In this document: positions 8,538 through 18,150 of the stretch, one piece after another
Layout: every line of letters begins with the position of its first letter
Numbering within the stretch: the first letter of the stretch is position 1
From: Pseudomonadota bacterium
Lineage (GTDB): Bacteria; Bdellovibrionota_B; Oligoflexia; Oligoflexales; CAIMVM01
Direction of reading: 5' to 3'
Assembly (NCBI GenBank): GCA_037142195.1
Contig: JBAXBA010000007.1
Span: 10,232-74,231, forward strand
DNA length: 64,000 nt
The notes under the pieces: generated by a model
The model's database searches: none
What the model was told of the DNA's origin: nothing
Seen by the model: only the letters and a program-made list of their open reading frames with translations
Position numbers and translations under genes: made by a program

Positions 8538-10943
8538 TTACCCGGCAGAGGAGACTCCGCGCGGGTATAATTCAGAAAGCTCTTTGAGAATTTCCTGATG
8601 AGACTTTTGTGGGTGAATCTCCCGGTAAGCATCGATTGCCGCTAGATCGCGGGGATCGGTGGTTGCAATCCATAGTTCTAGCGGCGCTGCTTCAATAACA
8701 GCAAGTGTTCGATTAGCACCCGCAATCAGAAAGGCTTCTGAAAAGACGCCCTTTTTCTGGTGCAGCGAACTAACCAGCGCCACTTCGTTGTCGTTAAGTG
8801 CTAGAACCTCTTTGAGCCTGGTCTTGTCACCTTGAGGCTGGAGCAGTACCCACTTGACAGCACAGTTAGGCATAATGGCGCTCGCAATCTTTGACCTGGC
8901 AAAGTCGTCAATATCTTGAGAGATTGCGATAGCAGAGGCGTAGTATTTGCGAAAGGTACGGAATACTTCTTCAATGAAAACGAGTCCTGCATCACTTTTT
9001 AGGAGCTTCCAGCATTCATCAAAAACTAGAAACTTCATCGTCTTTCTATCGCGCTGGACCTCACGCCAAACTAGGTCTGTGATGATGAATAGACAAATGG
9101 CTTGAAGATCAGGATAAGATTCCAATCCCTTTAGGTCGAAGGCTACAACATGAGAGTCAAGCTTGACGTTTGTAGGGCGATCTACAAACCTGCCGTATGG
9201 AGTATCGCCACACCAGGAATTTAGAATACGACCATAGCGGACTATCGACGCATCGGGGTGGGCAAGCAATAAGTCCCTCAGTTCACTTAGACGCGGAGAT
9301 ACGCTCTTTTCATAGAGGCGTTGAATAGCCTCTTCGATTTCTGAGCGTTCAAGACGCGGGAGCCGCTCTTGTTCGTCTTCTTTGGTCATCAGTTCAATAA
9401 GCCCCAAGAGAAATTTTATCTTTTGACTTGAAGGCACCGTTTCTCCAGGCGCGAGGTCGAAAGGGTTAATGGCGATACCCTCAGTCAGCGACAAGTCCAC
9501 ATATTGGCCCGATAGGTTCTCGCAGAGCTTTTTGTAGGAACCGCCGATGTCTACAAAAAAGACACGCGGATTTTCCTTCAGCATCTGAAGCAAAAGCACG
9601 TTAGTGAGGAATGACTTGCCTGCGCCCGATGCGCCGCTGACAAGTTGATTGGCGTTGGTTAGCCCAGGATCGAACGGATCTATTGAGAGTAGATTACCCA
9701 TTCGCGTTCTAAGTAGTATACGCGGCTCTCGATGCCCTCGCCACGGACCATAAAGAGGCACTAAGTCACAAAGATTTGATGTTTTCATGCGCTTTGATCG
9801 ATCATTGACTCGTGAGTTAGGCAAAGAAAATTGCGTGAACAAGTCAAAAGCAGCAAGACTTTCTTCGAGCCCTTCGGCTCTTCCCATTTCTCTCATGACA
9901 GAAAGCGTTTGCGCGACTTGCATTCGTAAGTGCTCCTCGTCATGGCTACGAAGTAAAACATTCATGCTGCCGTGGAATACCTTTTCACCCTGGGCGATCA
10001 TTTGTTCCAAAAGGCGTTCAAGATCCGTAAACTTCGCCGTGCTCTCAATGTCCGAGACACCAGACTTTTTGCCGAAAGCCATGGAATAGGCGATTCGCCT
10101 CTGGGTTTGAAGGCTTTCTAGCTCCTTCGTTTGATCGGGGACATGAATAGTAAAAAAAAGTCTGGAGTCGAATGGCATCTCTCGAAGTACCGACGCCATG
10201 GACGAATAGGATTGATCTGGCAAAAGCTTCAGTGAAATCACACGATGGTGCATCCCGCCAATGGCAAATCCTCGATCTGAAATGCCAACGTCGGAAAATA
10301 GGAGAGACGTACGTACCGACTCCGGATCAAAACCTTTTAGCTCAATAGGTCTATTTGGATTCCACTGCTGGTAAATCAGATTCATCATCGCTTCAACAGC
10401 GATAATCTTAGGCTCCATACCTAAGGCCATAAGCTGCGTTGTCATCTCCTCTTTTAGTCGTTCCGCATCCGCAAGTTCGCGATGAAACGCCGCTTCATTC
10501 ATCTCGTTGAAACTTGCTTGTCTTGTGAATATCTTAGGCTTACGGAGACGACTGCCTGACCAAGCGCGCCGGGCTAAGAGAAACAAGGAATGATGGGGCA
10601 AACTACCCTCGCCATCCAGTTGCTCGAGTTGCTTGCATCGTTGTTCTGTCATTGAAGCAGCTAACGATTGTTTGTTCGCAACAGACAACTTGCCGTGATT
10701 CTCAATAATAAAACTATTCCCACCTTTGATATCCTGTATAAATTGAAGATCCAGACCGCTTGGGAGGCTGTTTAGAAACTGTTTTGTGCGCTCGGAAAAA
10801 TCGTTGATCATTTCGTCCGATGAACACGAGACGTCTAAGGGTGCAAGCTCAAATCCGAACCCTATGGAACCATCAGCAAAAACTACATTTCCATCTTCAA
10901 TTCCCCAAATTTGGAGATAGTCAGCGAGTGTCTCACTCATCAT
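8538..10943 (-). CDS. virB4: VirB4/TraC-family T4SS ATPase
   Basis: GASGAGKS Walker A, FVDIGGSY, INPFD, FLVFDECW Walker B, RTFRKY, ISQ; probable start ATG 10943 (ATGA overlap with the virB3 stop). Confidence 0.92.
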   Translation of the reverse strand: MMSETLADYLQIWGIEDGNVVFADGSIGFGFELAPLDVSCSSDEMINDFSERTKQFLNSLPSGLDLQFIQDIKGGNSFIIENHGKLSVANKQSLAASMTEQRCKQLEQLDGEGSLPHHSLFLLARRAWSGSRLRKPKIFTRQASFNEMNEAAFHRELADAERLKEEMTTQLMALGMEPKIIAVEAMMNLIYQQWNPNRPIELKGFDPESVRTSLLFSDVGISDRGFAIGGMHHRVISLKLLPDQSYSSMASVLREMPFDSRLFFTIHVPDQTKELESLQTQRRIAYSMAFGKKSGVSDIESTAKFTDLERLLEQMIAQGEKVFHGSMNVLLRSHDEEHLRMQVAQTLSVMREMGRAEGLEESLAAFDLFTQFSLPNSRVNDRSKRMKTSNLCDLVPLYGPWRGHREPRILLRTRMGNLLSIDPFDPGLTNANQLVSGASGAGKSFLTNVLLLQMLKENPRVFFVDIGGSYKKLCENLSGQYVDLSLTEGIAINPFDLAPGETVPSSQKIKFLLGLIELMTKEDEQERLPRLERSEIEEAIQRLYEKSVSPRLSELRDLLLAHPDASIVRYGRILNSWCGDTPYGRFVDRPTNVKLDSHVVAFDLKGLESYPDLQAICLFIITDLVWREVQRDRKTMKFLVFDECWKLLKSDAGLVFIEEVFRTFRKYYASAIAISQDIDDFARSKIASAIMPNCAVKWVLLQPQGDKTRLKEVLALNDNEVALVSSLHQKKGVFSEAFLIAGANRTLAVIEAAPLELWIATTDPRDLAAIDAYREIHPQKSHQEILKELSELYPRGVSSAG

Positions 10944-11263
10944 CGGGCACCTCTTGCATTTTTGTTTGGTGGCAGTGGCCACTCGGAGGGTTCGTTGAAC
11001 GCAAAGAGTTGCTTGCGACGGAGCTGGAAGCGCACCAAGTGAATCAAATAATTGTCTGGTTTGCCGCGCTTTCCGATTCTTAAAGTCACAGCTAGAAAGA
11101 TAGTTGGCAGCCAAACTAAGACCATCTTCATGTCCGTCCGACCAAACATGAAGTTCAGAAGGGAAAGTAAAAAGAAGATTGCGAGCAAGTCAGGAATCTC
11201 ATAGCCAGCAATCTGCAGTTTTTTGTCGAGGCAGCGGCTAATTTGGGCTGTTTTAAGTGCCAT
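10940..11263 (-). CDS. VirB3-like membrane protein
   Basis: 107 aa with two TM segments, KRGKPDNYL motif, immediately upstream of virB4. Confidence 0.75.
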   Translation of the reverse strand: MALKTAQISRCLDKKLQIAGYEIPDLLAIFFLLSLLNFMFGRTDMKMVLVWLPTIFLAVTLRIGKRGKPDNYLIHLVRFQLRRKQLFAFNEPSEWPLPPNKNARGAR

Positions 11264-11288
11264 GGAACTCCTTTTGACAGATGATAAT

Positions 11289-11323
11289 CGGCGAGTCCCC
11301 TGCCTTGAGGCTGGGGCCCGCCG
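11289..11323 (-). terminator. GC-rich stem-loop after the pilin gene (partial terminator or mRNA stabiliser)
   Basis: cggcgagtcccctgcc-ttga-ggctggggcccgccg imperfect inverted repeat; no clear U-tract. Confidence 0.4.
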
Positions 11324-11334
11324 AAAACTTTCGG

Positions 11335-11622
11335 CTAGTTGATCATGCCGCGTATGAACGCGATGATGCTGGGTGCGCCAAAACCGATTACGGCGCCCAT
11401 CATGGCAAGAAAGAGATGCGACCTTGCATTGGCGTTGCCAGTAAAGAAGGAAAATGCGGCAAATACTAACCCTAGAATTCCGGCTAGCGGCAGAATGACG
11501 TTGATTAGTTTATTCTGTACTGCCATCAAGCTAGACTCTACGCTACCCAAAGCAAGCGATGAGGCGAAAACCAAACAAACGGTCAAAAACGACAAACCAA
11601 ATCGTTTACTTGCAATAGACAT
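11335..11622 (-). CDS. VirB2/TrbC-family pilin
   Basis: 95 aa; signal peptide plus two hydrophobic helices, GAVIGFGAPSII end. Confidence 0.82.
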   Translation of the reverse strand: MSIASKRFGLSFLTVCLVFASSLALGSVESSLMAVQNKLINVILPLAGILGLVFAAFSFFTGNANARSHLFLAMMGAVIGFGAPSIIAFIRGMIN

Positions 11623-11700
11623 TTATAGACCTCCACAAAGGCGGAAACATTGGCGGCGTGCTACTCAGAGGTAGATTCGGAGCCGTGATTTTGTGGAACA

Positions 11701-12045
11701 CTACTCAGCCGGAAAAAGGCTCATGAACACCCGACGGTCAATAAGATTAAATCGAATCTCAAGATGCGTCTTTAAATCCATGCGAAGACGGGCAGCCCCT
11801 ACCGGATTCTGAAACCGAACTCCCTCTTCGTCTCGGAGAATTTTGCTAAAGAGGGTGTAGTTTGGATTTTCTCCAAAGTTTCTATTAAGGAAGTATGTCA
11901 CCCCCGGAAACATGTGCAGCCTGAGACTATAGAATGACTCATCTCCCTTGCGAATGGCTAGTCCAGCATTTTTTGGAAGCAGTAGCTTTCCAGCTTCAAA
12001 GCGGCCAACTAGTAGTTCGTGTTTCAGTTCATTCACGTCATTCAT
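11701..12045 (-). CDS. Hypothetical beta-rich protein in the transfer leader region
   Basis: 114 aa with AGGAG RBS; aromatic/basic beta-strand pattern; no family recognised. Confidence 0.6.
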   Translation of the reverse strand: MNDVNELKHELLVGRFEAGKLLLPKNAGLAIRKGDESFYSLRLHMFPGVTYFLNRNFGENPNYTLFSKILRDEEGVRFQNPVGAARLRMDLKTHLEIRFNLIDRRVFMSLFPAE

Positions 12046-12057
12046 CTTGGGAGCTCC

Positions 12058-12276
12058 TTAACCATTTAATTTAAGTTCGTCAGATACGTGATCGAACAGT
12101 TCTTGATCTCTTTCTCTATTCGCCAGATCATTCCCATTGGCAAACGCTTCGCGACGTTGTTCGGCACGGTGTAGTTCACGGCAATTGACCCGTATTCTTT
12201 CAATTAGACTCCGGCAGTTTCCTAACACTTCAACTGGAAACTGGTCCAAAGCTAACAACAAAGGTTTAATTGACAT
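12058..12276 (-). CDS. Small hypothetical protein
   Basis: ORF MSIKPLLLALDQ..., co-oriented within the operon. Confidence 0.45.
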   Translation of the reverse strand: MSIKPLLLALDQFPVEVLGNCRSLIERIRVNCRELHRAEQRREAFANGNDLANRERDQELFDHVSDELKLNG

Positions 12277-12290
12277 ACTGATGCGGCCAC

Positions 12291-12461
12291 TCAAGGCCAC
12301 GTCAATTTTGCCGATCTGTGCTCGTCTCGACGGCTGCTGATAATCGCGGACAGAGCTCGGTCTATACGCCTTAAAATGCCTTTGCTTCGGTGACTATTCG
12401 TGGGCATTTCACCACGAAGTTTGATCAAATCGGCGCGCAATTCTTCGAGCATGTGTGTCAC
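12291..12461 (-). CDS. Small hypothetical protein (56 aa), not in ORF track
   Basis: AAGGAG RBS then GTG; MTHMLEELRADLIKLRGEMPTNSHRSKGILRRIDRALSAIISSRRDEHRSAKLTWP. Confidence 0.5.
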   Translation of the reverse strand: MTHMLEELRADLIKLRGEMPTNSHRSKGILRRIDRALSAIISSRRDEHRSAKLTWP

Positions 12462-12481
12462 TTACTGACTCCTTCTTGAAG

Positions 12482-12628
12482 CTAAAACCCAACGTGTCGT
12501 GCCCTTTGAACACGCGAATAGTGCTCGCGCTGATACTTAGCCGATTGTGCGTGATCCCACCAGACCGCTTCGTGTGATCTCCAGAGCGAGCGCAGAGCAC
12601 GGCGAACGGATTTGAGTTTGATTTTCAT
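12482..12628 (-). CDS. Small basic protein (48 aa), not in ORF track
   Basis: AGGAGG RBS, ATGA overlap with the upstream ORF; MKIKLKSVRRALRSLWRSHEAVWWDHAQSAKYQREHYSRVQRARHVGF. Confidence 0.55.
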   Translation of the reverse strand: MKIKLKSVRRALRSLWRSHEAVWWDHAQSAKYQREHYSRVQRARHVGF

Positions 12629-12804
12629 GGGCCGGTCCTCCTGATACACGCCTTGTTTCGCAGGCTGGATTGCTGCCGACGGGAGGTGGGCATATTAAGC
12701 TGTGGATCAAACTCAGGGCAGTAATTGCAGTTCACGCAATAGCAGTGGGTCTTTAGTACTTCGTAGGCCGCCTCCCAACATCGGGGGCATCTGTAAAATG
12801 GCAT
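12625..12804 (-). CDS. Small Cys-rich zinc-finger-like protein (59 aa), first gene of the transfer operon
   Basis: AGGAGG RBS at 12813-12818; MPFYRCPRCWEAAYEVLKTHCYCVNCNYCPEF... (CxxC..CxxC). Confidence 0.65.
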   Translation of the reverse strand: MPFYRCPRCWEAAYEVLKTHCYCVNCNYCPEFDPQLNMPTSRRQQSSLRNKACIRRTGP

Positions 12805-12857
12805 GTTCTTAACCTCCTACTTGTGAGTCTCAGAGTCGATTCTCTACATGTAGGTAG

Positions 12858-12874
12858 TTGCAAGAGCGTGCCAA
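12858..12874 (-). promoter_or_regulatory. sigma54 (-24/-12)-like promoter of the transfer operon
   Basis: Minus strand reads TTGGCACGCTCTTGCAA; both half-sites match TTGGCACG-N4-TTGC, but GG-to-GC spacing is 9 nt instead of the canonical 10. Confidence 0.55.
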
Positions 12875-12936
12875 CGCATAGGATTAGCGCAAATGATAGG
12901 AAGTATCTGTATTAATTTGGAATTTTTCTTGGATTA

Positions 12937-12986
12937 GAGTCTCAATGTGATACTGAGTCTCAGAGAGTATCTATCTTGGAGTCTCA
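12937..12986. promoter_or_regulatory. Repeated GAGTCTCA boxes (candidate enhancer/UAS)
   Basis: GAGTCTCA at 12937, 12955 and 12979 (also 12825); the first forms the imperfect palindrome GTCTCA-atg-TGATAC. Confidence 0.55.
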
Positions 12987-13472
12987 GATTTCTTGGTATT
13001 TTTCTCCAAACTCGATAGGCTTGATTTCTCCTCGCACATAAAGTGGATGTCTGGGGTGACCGTGTTTTGTAATTCCTAAGCAGTAAGGTGAGTCCAATAA
13101 TTTTAATACTGCTTTATTTCTTTCGTTGAGTGCTCCGTTTGTTCCCCAAGCAATCAACACTAGTTTACAACGGGACTGGAGTTTTATAATCCAGTCATTA
13201 TTTTCTGGCCCGATAGGGTCATTATTTGGGGCTGAATTAAGTTTACTTGGATCTTTTGATCGATATGCAAATAGGTTAGCCATGATTAAGCCGCCATACC
13301 CCCAGCTCTTTGAAAAATTGATACATCGACATATAGTTCGGTCGTCTTCTACTTCATCTGCGGTCGAGGGGTTTAGGCCGACGAACATTGCCAAAGGCAA
13401 GGCCTCATCCCAAACACGGTAGAGAGCGTATCTATAGACCCTGTCGGCCGAAAAATCAGCTGATTTTTTCAT
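12984..13472 (-). CDS. DUF1643 family protein
   Basis: YRYALYRVW, FVGLNPSTAD, DDRTI, NLFAYRS, AWG, GHPRHPLY motifs. Confidence 0.85.
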   Translation of the reverse strand: MKKSADFSADRVYRYALYRVWDEALPLAMFVGLNPSTADEVEDDRTICRCINFSKSWGYGGLIMANLFAYRSKDPSKLNSAPNNDPIGPENNDWIIKLQSRCKLVLIAWGTNGALNERNKAVLKLLDSPYCLGITKHGHPRHPLYVRGEIKPIEFGEKYQEI

Positions 13473-13668
13473 AAATATATGCCAATTGAAGTGACAACTA
13501 ACATTTTATACTCTTAAGCTTCTTCTAATATGGCAAGCTTAGTTCAAAAAGTCTTCATCTATCTTTTATGGCGGATTCTTTCAATAGGGTTATATAGCGC
13601 CTTAGGCATTCCAAACTGTATTTAGCTATCTCTCTCCCAGTCGACTATGCAAAAAAGGATCTCTTTTT

Positions 13669-15540
13669 CCCGACTTCGACGGTGAAATGAACAAAAATAT
13701 ATAATATCAGCATGTTAAGTTGTTGCTGGGCACTACATTCTAGATTTTGTAAGGTGTGCTGCTTCTTTCTAGGTCAAATGCTGCATATATTTCGAGCTGA
13801 CTTTTGTCGGTTGCGGAGGGAATGACATAGCGATTCTGGGTTGGCTTGTCGATGATCTTGCTAGCTTCTACTCTGCGGAGTCGATGCCTCATTTCGTCAA
13901 TACTGATTACTAGTCCCTTTTTCTTGAGTCTATGAACACTGTGCTTAGCCACAGCATAGGTGAGGTAGCAAAGACTTATATGAGAGCGAATTCTACGGGG
14001 ACTCCAGTGATATATGGGTCTCATTTTTAGACTATGTTTGTTGACGCGGAATGCTTCCTCAATTTGCCAAAGCCCTCGGTAGCGCTCAAGGATCTTTGCA
14101 GAATGATCTTCTGAAATATTAGTGATAACACCGTGAAGGCCATCCCAGTTTGCATCATTTTCTACTTTATTGAAGTCGATTTCAGCGGATCCGGACTTAA
14201 TTTTTAAGTACTTTTTTGTTCCGCTGTTGGAAATGACATCCCCGATTTTGATGTCTTCTTTTCCAGGACTAACTTTCTTTAATAGACGATCCACCAGTCT
14301 TTGACGGTCTGAAGCGTCTTTTTTGGCCCGACTGCTGCTGTAGCTTACAACGAGGGTCTACCTTCATTTTCAAAATCTCGAACCAAATGAAATTCATTAT
14401 TTACACAAGTTGCCTTAAACTCAGAGATTAAGATTTCATCCTTTTTCGCTTTTGAAAAGCTCTTGAGCTTGGCCGCCACAACATACTTGATTTCATGTCT
14501 TTCAAGCTCTTCTAAGTTATCCGGTGTAAACATCCCTCGATCAGCAACCAGAGCAATTTGAGAGACTTTAAAGCTTTCTTTCAACTCTTTAACCACGTGA
14601 AGAAGGGTGTGTCCTTCAAAAGTATTGCCTGGAAACAACTGATAGGAAATAGGAAGGCCGTCATGCGTTGTCACTGGAGCCTACATGACTTGCGACTGAT
14701 TAAACTTACAGTCCGTGCTAAATTCAAAGTTTCGAAGCTCATCTCGTTCAATGCTTTCGAAGTACAGAGTAGTGACATCAAAAAACAAAACATCAACTTC
14801 TTGGTCAATTATCGCCAAAGTCTTCTGAGCTACCGTTTGTTTGATCTTGCCTTCAATATCTGAAAGTAGATCCATCATTCGATAGATCTTTTTTACTGGG
14901 ATCTTTATATCAAACTCTTCATTCATAAATCGCGAAGTTGCTCTTTTGCTATCGGGCTCGGCAATGCGAGCAAGTACAGAGGACTGTAAAATATCATTCC
15001 ACTCTCGGTCTTTTGATGTGCCCTGAACCAATTTATCAAAGCCTAAGTCTTCATAGACCTTGCCGAAAATGTCAGAAATCCCTTCATTAAAGCGCTTTTC
15101 TTCTTTTAAATTAAATGGATAGACCATTTCATCCCCTAGAGGTAGTTGCCTCTTGCTTGAAGAGTGGAATTCAGCAGATTCTAAAATAGGTAGAACAGGC
15201 TTAGCGGCATTTTTATTTCTACAATCGCCACTTCGCCTATCCTTTTAAACTCAGCAACCTTTTTTTCCGAGTAAGGAGTGCCTATATTTCTAACGATTTT
15301 CTGACGAACGCTTTTGCCTTCACGAACAGATTAAACAATCTGCACCTGCCAACGCTTTTCATCTTTTTTCTTTGCTAATACATAAATGCATACATGCATA
15401 CAAGCTATCGCAGGCCTAAAACAAAGGTCACCCGGGGCAGGACAAAACGCCTGTTTTTGAAAATAAATTTTTACTCTAAAAATTACAGAAAGTTGCCCAG
15501 TCTAAATCACTCAAAAGTTGGGTTGGCTGTCGAAGTCAGG
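13669..15540 (-). mobile_element. IS1634-family insertion sequence (decayed)
   Basis: Terminal IRs cccgacttcgac (13669) and gtcgaagtcagg (ending 15540) enclose transposase fragments; no target duplication seen. Confidence 0.8.
13740..15395 (-). pseudogene. IS1634-family DDE transposase, broken by stops and frameshifts
   Basis: Fragments with VREGKSVRQK, FFDVTTLYFE, GLPISYQLFPGN, VADRGM, YRGLWQIEEAFR..K..LKMRPIYHW. Confidence 0.88.
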
Positions 15541-15710
15541 AAAATCACCGGAAGATATTAAAGAAGTTTGTGATGCTTATGCAGATATGGGCGGAATCAA
15601 GACAGAGCTTTCTGGGGTAAATTGTCCTTAGGGATTTGCGATTTTTTTAGATCAAAAACAAAGCCCTCTGATTAAGAGGGCCTTGCTTTGAAATAAGTTT
15701 TAAAATAAAT

Positions 15711-16160
15711 TTAAAAAACAGGTTCGTCATCATTAGCACCCCGACCGATTTTTCGGGATTTTTCCAATTTTTCTTTGTGCTTAACCGAGTAGCGTGTCCA
15801 AGGAGAAAGCTCCAAACGGCGTTTAGGGATAGGTTCTCCAGTTCCTTCGCATAGACCAAATTCCCCGTTGCCGATTTTGGCAATGGCGTGTTCAATTTCT
15901 GCAAGCTGCTGGTTATCCCTGTCAAGTAGGCGTAACGATAAGTTTTGCTCAACTGTAGCTGCTGCCAAATCAACTTCGTCCATCATTTCGTTGGAATCGA
16001 GTTGAATCGTTCCAGCATTAAGAGTGGATTTAGTTTTTTCCAACAATTTATCTTTTTCGTCCACTAAGACTTTCAAGAAAGCTATGAGTTCTTCTTTAGA
16101 AAAAAACTCGTTTTCAGCGATATCAAAGTCGGTAGAATCAAATTCTTTTTTGTTACCCAA
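15711..16160 (-). CDS. dksA: DksA/TraR-family transcription factor, one-Cys (zinc-free-type) variant
   Basis: DEVDLA coiled-coil tip (DxxDxA), GEFGLCEGTGEPIPKRRL..PWTRYSVKH; probable TTG start 16160 after GGAG. Confidence 0.85.
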   Translation of the reverse strand: MGNKKEFDSTDFDIAENEFFSKEELIAFLKVLVDEKDKLLEKTKSTLNAGTIQLDSNEMMDEVDLAAATVEQNLSLRLLDRDNQQLAEIEHAIAKIGNGEFGLCEGTGEPIPKRRLELSPWTRYSVKHKEKLEKSRKIGRGANDDEPVF

Positions 16161-16398
16161 GGCAAACTCCAAAAATTTTCCCCGGCCCTTACTTGGCCAA
16201 GCCAAGGCCAAAACCTTGAGCAAAGTGACCAGGCACTATATCTCTAGGGAAAGGTTATTACAAGTGCCAAAGGGAGACGAAATTAGAGCCCGCATAGAAT
16301 CACTATTTGGTTTTTATATCAGTTGGTTGCAGCCAATTTTTTTCCTCTAGCGTACATGTTTTTAAGCATTCGTGGCAGGATATCGAGCGCTAAATTAT

Positions 16399-16565
16399 CC
16401 CGACTTCGACGGTGAAATGAACAAAAATAAAGTCAGCTCGAAATATATACAGCAATTGAGCTAGAAAGAAGCAGCACACCTTACAAAATCTAAAATGTAG
16501 TGCCCCAGCAAAAACTTAACTTACTGATATTATTTATTTTTGTCCATTTCACTGTCGAAGTCGGG
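16399..16565. mobile_element. Miniature IS1634-derived element made of two copies of the same IS end
   Basis: Starts with cccgacttcgacggtgaaatgaacaaaaata (identical to 13669-13699), followed by an inverted copy of ~13669-13804, ending gtcgaagtcggg. Confidence 0.8.
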
Positions 16566-16770
16566 AGGTACTTTCCGTCCTTTTTTTCGGCGAGACGATA
16601 TTTTTTTCCTGATTTGCATACACCCATAACATCATAGTCACTGAATTTGGTTTATGTGCCAGCCGCCCTTGAACCATAGGGAAAAACTGTGTGGCAGCGA
16701 TAGGTCGTGACTAGCTTTTCTACAAGAAAGCACAGAACTGGATTTGAAGAATAAGATTCATTGTGTTTCA

Positions 16771-18150
16771 TTAGGTCAGCTCCTGACTGTTGATTCGAGA
16801 TTTCACCAAGCCAAGATCTTTTGCTCGGCGAAAGAAAGTGGCTCTTGAAATACCGAGCAATTTGGCTGCTTCAACGCGACTCCCTCGGGTTTTAATAATT
16901 GCCTTTTCGTATCGCTCACGCTCGCTCATTACGATTGAAGCACCATAGCTACCAACAAGTGCTCTCGCCGCTGCGGCGGTGAATATGGTGTTAGCCTCAG
17001 GAAGTGTATGATAGATATCCTTCTCGCGAATAACTGCACTGTCACTATTCGCTAAACTCTCAACGACTGCCTTGAGTTGTCGAACATTTCCTGGCCAGGA
17101 ATATGACTGAAGTAGTCTCATTGCCTCAGGAGTAACCATAGGTCGCTTGGGTTTTGATATCATGCCAAGAAAATAGTGAACTAACTCGGGAATGTCTTCG
17201 ACCCGCTCGCGCAGGGATGGAATACGAATGATGTCTTTGGCAACGCGGTAATATAAATCCTCGCGAAATTTGCCGCCTTTTACTGCTTCTTCAAGATTTA
17301 CATGGGTCGCGGCGATACATCGGAAACTTACGTCCTTTTCCTTGTGAGTGCCAACAGGCTGAACTTTGCGTTCTTGTAAAACTCTCAACAATTTAGCTTG
17401 TTGCGCAAGTGGTAACTCTCCGATTTCATCGAGAAACACAAAACCACCGCCGGCAGCTTCAAATGCTCCAACTCGATCCCTTTCTGCCCCTGTGAATGCG
17501 CCTCTGACATGGCCAAAGAATTCAGACTCGGCCAAGCCATCACTAACCGCTCCACAGTGAATGACGACAAAACGTCTTGCAGGGTCCGCTTCAAAGGCAA
17601 TACTTTGGGCAACCAGCTCCTTTCCGGTGCCGGTCTCGCCTTGGAGCAGCACATCTTTAGTGCCGCCCTTAATTGCGCGAGCGATGTCACTACGGAGCTT
17701 CTGCATTTGGGGTGAGCCCCCAATCAAGGGGGTTTTACTTTTTTGAGTAAGATGCTCTGAAGCACGACGACGAGTCTCTCGATCCTGCAAGGCTCGATCG
17801 ACAGCCTGCCGAATCTCTTCTACGCTAGACATTTTTGGGACAAACTGGGCAACACCTGCATTAAATATCTCTATTAGCCGCTTGTGATCGGTTTCACCGC
17901 TGATTACAATCACATCCGTTTCGCGATCGATAGAGTGTATCTTTCGGAAAATGTCCAAGCCACTCCGTGAATCTCCTTCGAAATTCAAGTCTAATAGAAC
18001 TACATCATAGAAATGGCTGCTGACAGCTTGGAGCCCTTGATCAATCGTTTCATAGGTATCTACATCGCAGGAGCCTTCCAGAATCATCGGAACTTGCTCT
18101 AGCCATGTGGGATCGTCATCAATCACAAGAATTCGTGGTTTTCTGTTCAT
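16771..18150 (-). CDS. sigma54-dependent response regulator (NtrC/AtoC family)
   Basis: Receiver (VIDDD, LLDL), [38 protein letters not shown]-terminal Fis-type HTH. Confidence 0.95.
   Translation of the reverse strand: MNRKPRILVIDDDPTWLEQVPMILEGSCDVDTYETIDQGLQAVSSHFYDVVLLDLNFEGDSRSGLDIFRKIHSIDRETDVIVISGETDHKRLIEIFNAGVAQFVPKMSSVEEIRQAVDRALQDRETRRRASEHLTQKSKTPLIGGSPQMQKLRSDIARAIKGGTKDVLLQGETGTGKELVAQSIAFEADPARRFVVIHCGAVSDGLAESEFFGHVRGAFTGAERDRVGAFEAAGGGFVFLDEIGELPLAQQAKLLRVLQERKVQPVGTHKEKDVSFRCIAATHVNLEEAVKGGKFREDLYYRVAKDIIRIPSLRERVEDIPELVHYFLGMISKPKRPMVTPEAMRLLQSYSWPGNVRQLKAVVESLANSDSAVIREKDIYHTLPEANTIFTAAAARALVGSYGASIVMSERERYEKAIIKTRGSRVEAAKLLGISRATFFRRAKDLGLVKSRINSQELT

Noticed and set aside
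10944..11114. N-terminal extension of the 858 aa VirB4 ORF (likewise 5920-6051 for VirB10)
   Set aside because: Overlaps the upstream gene; better starts with RBS or ATGA coupling exist at 10943 and 5919
12825..12986. Repeated GAGTCTCA units as a possible CRISPR or iteron array
   Set aside because: Only 8 bp, irregular spacing, no cas genes; better explained as protein-binding sites
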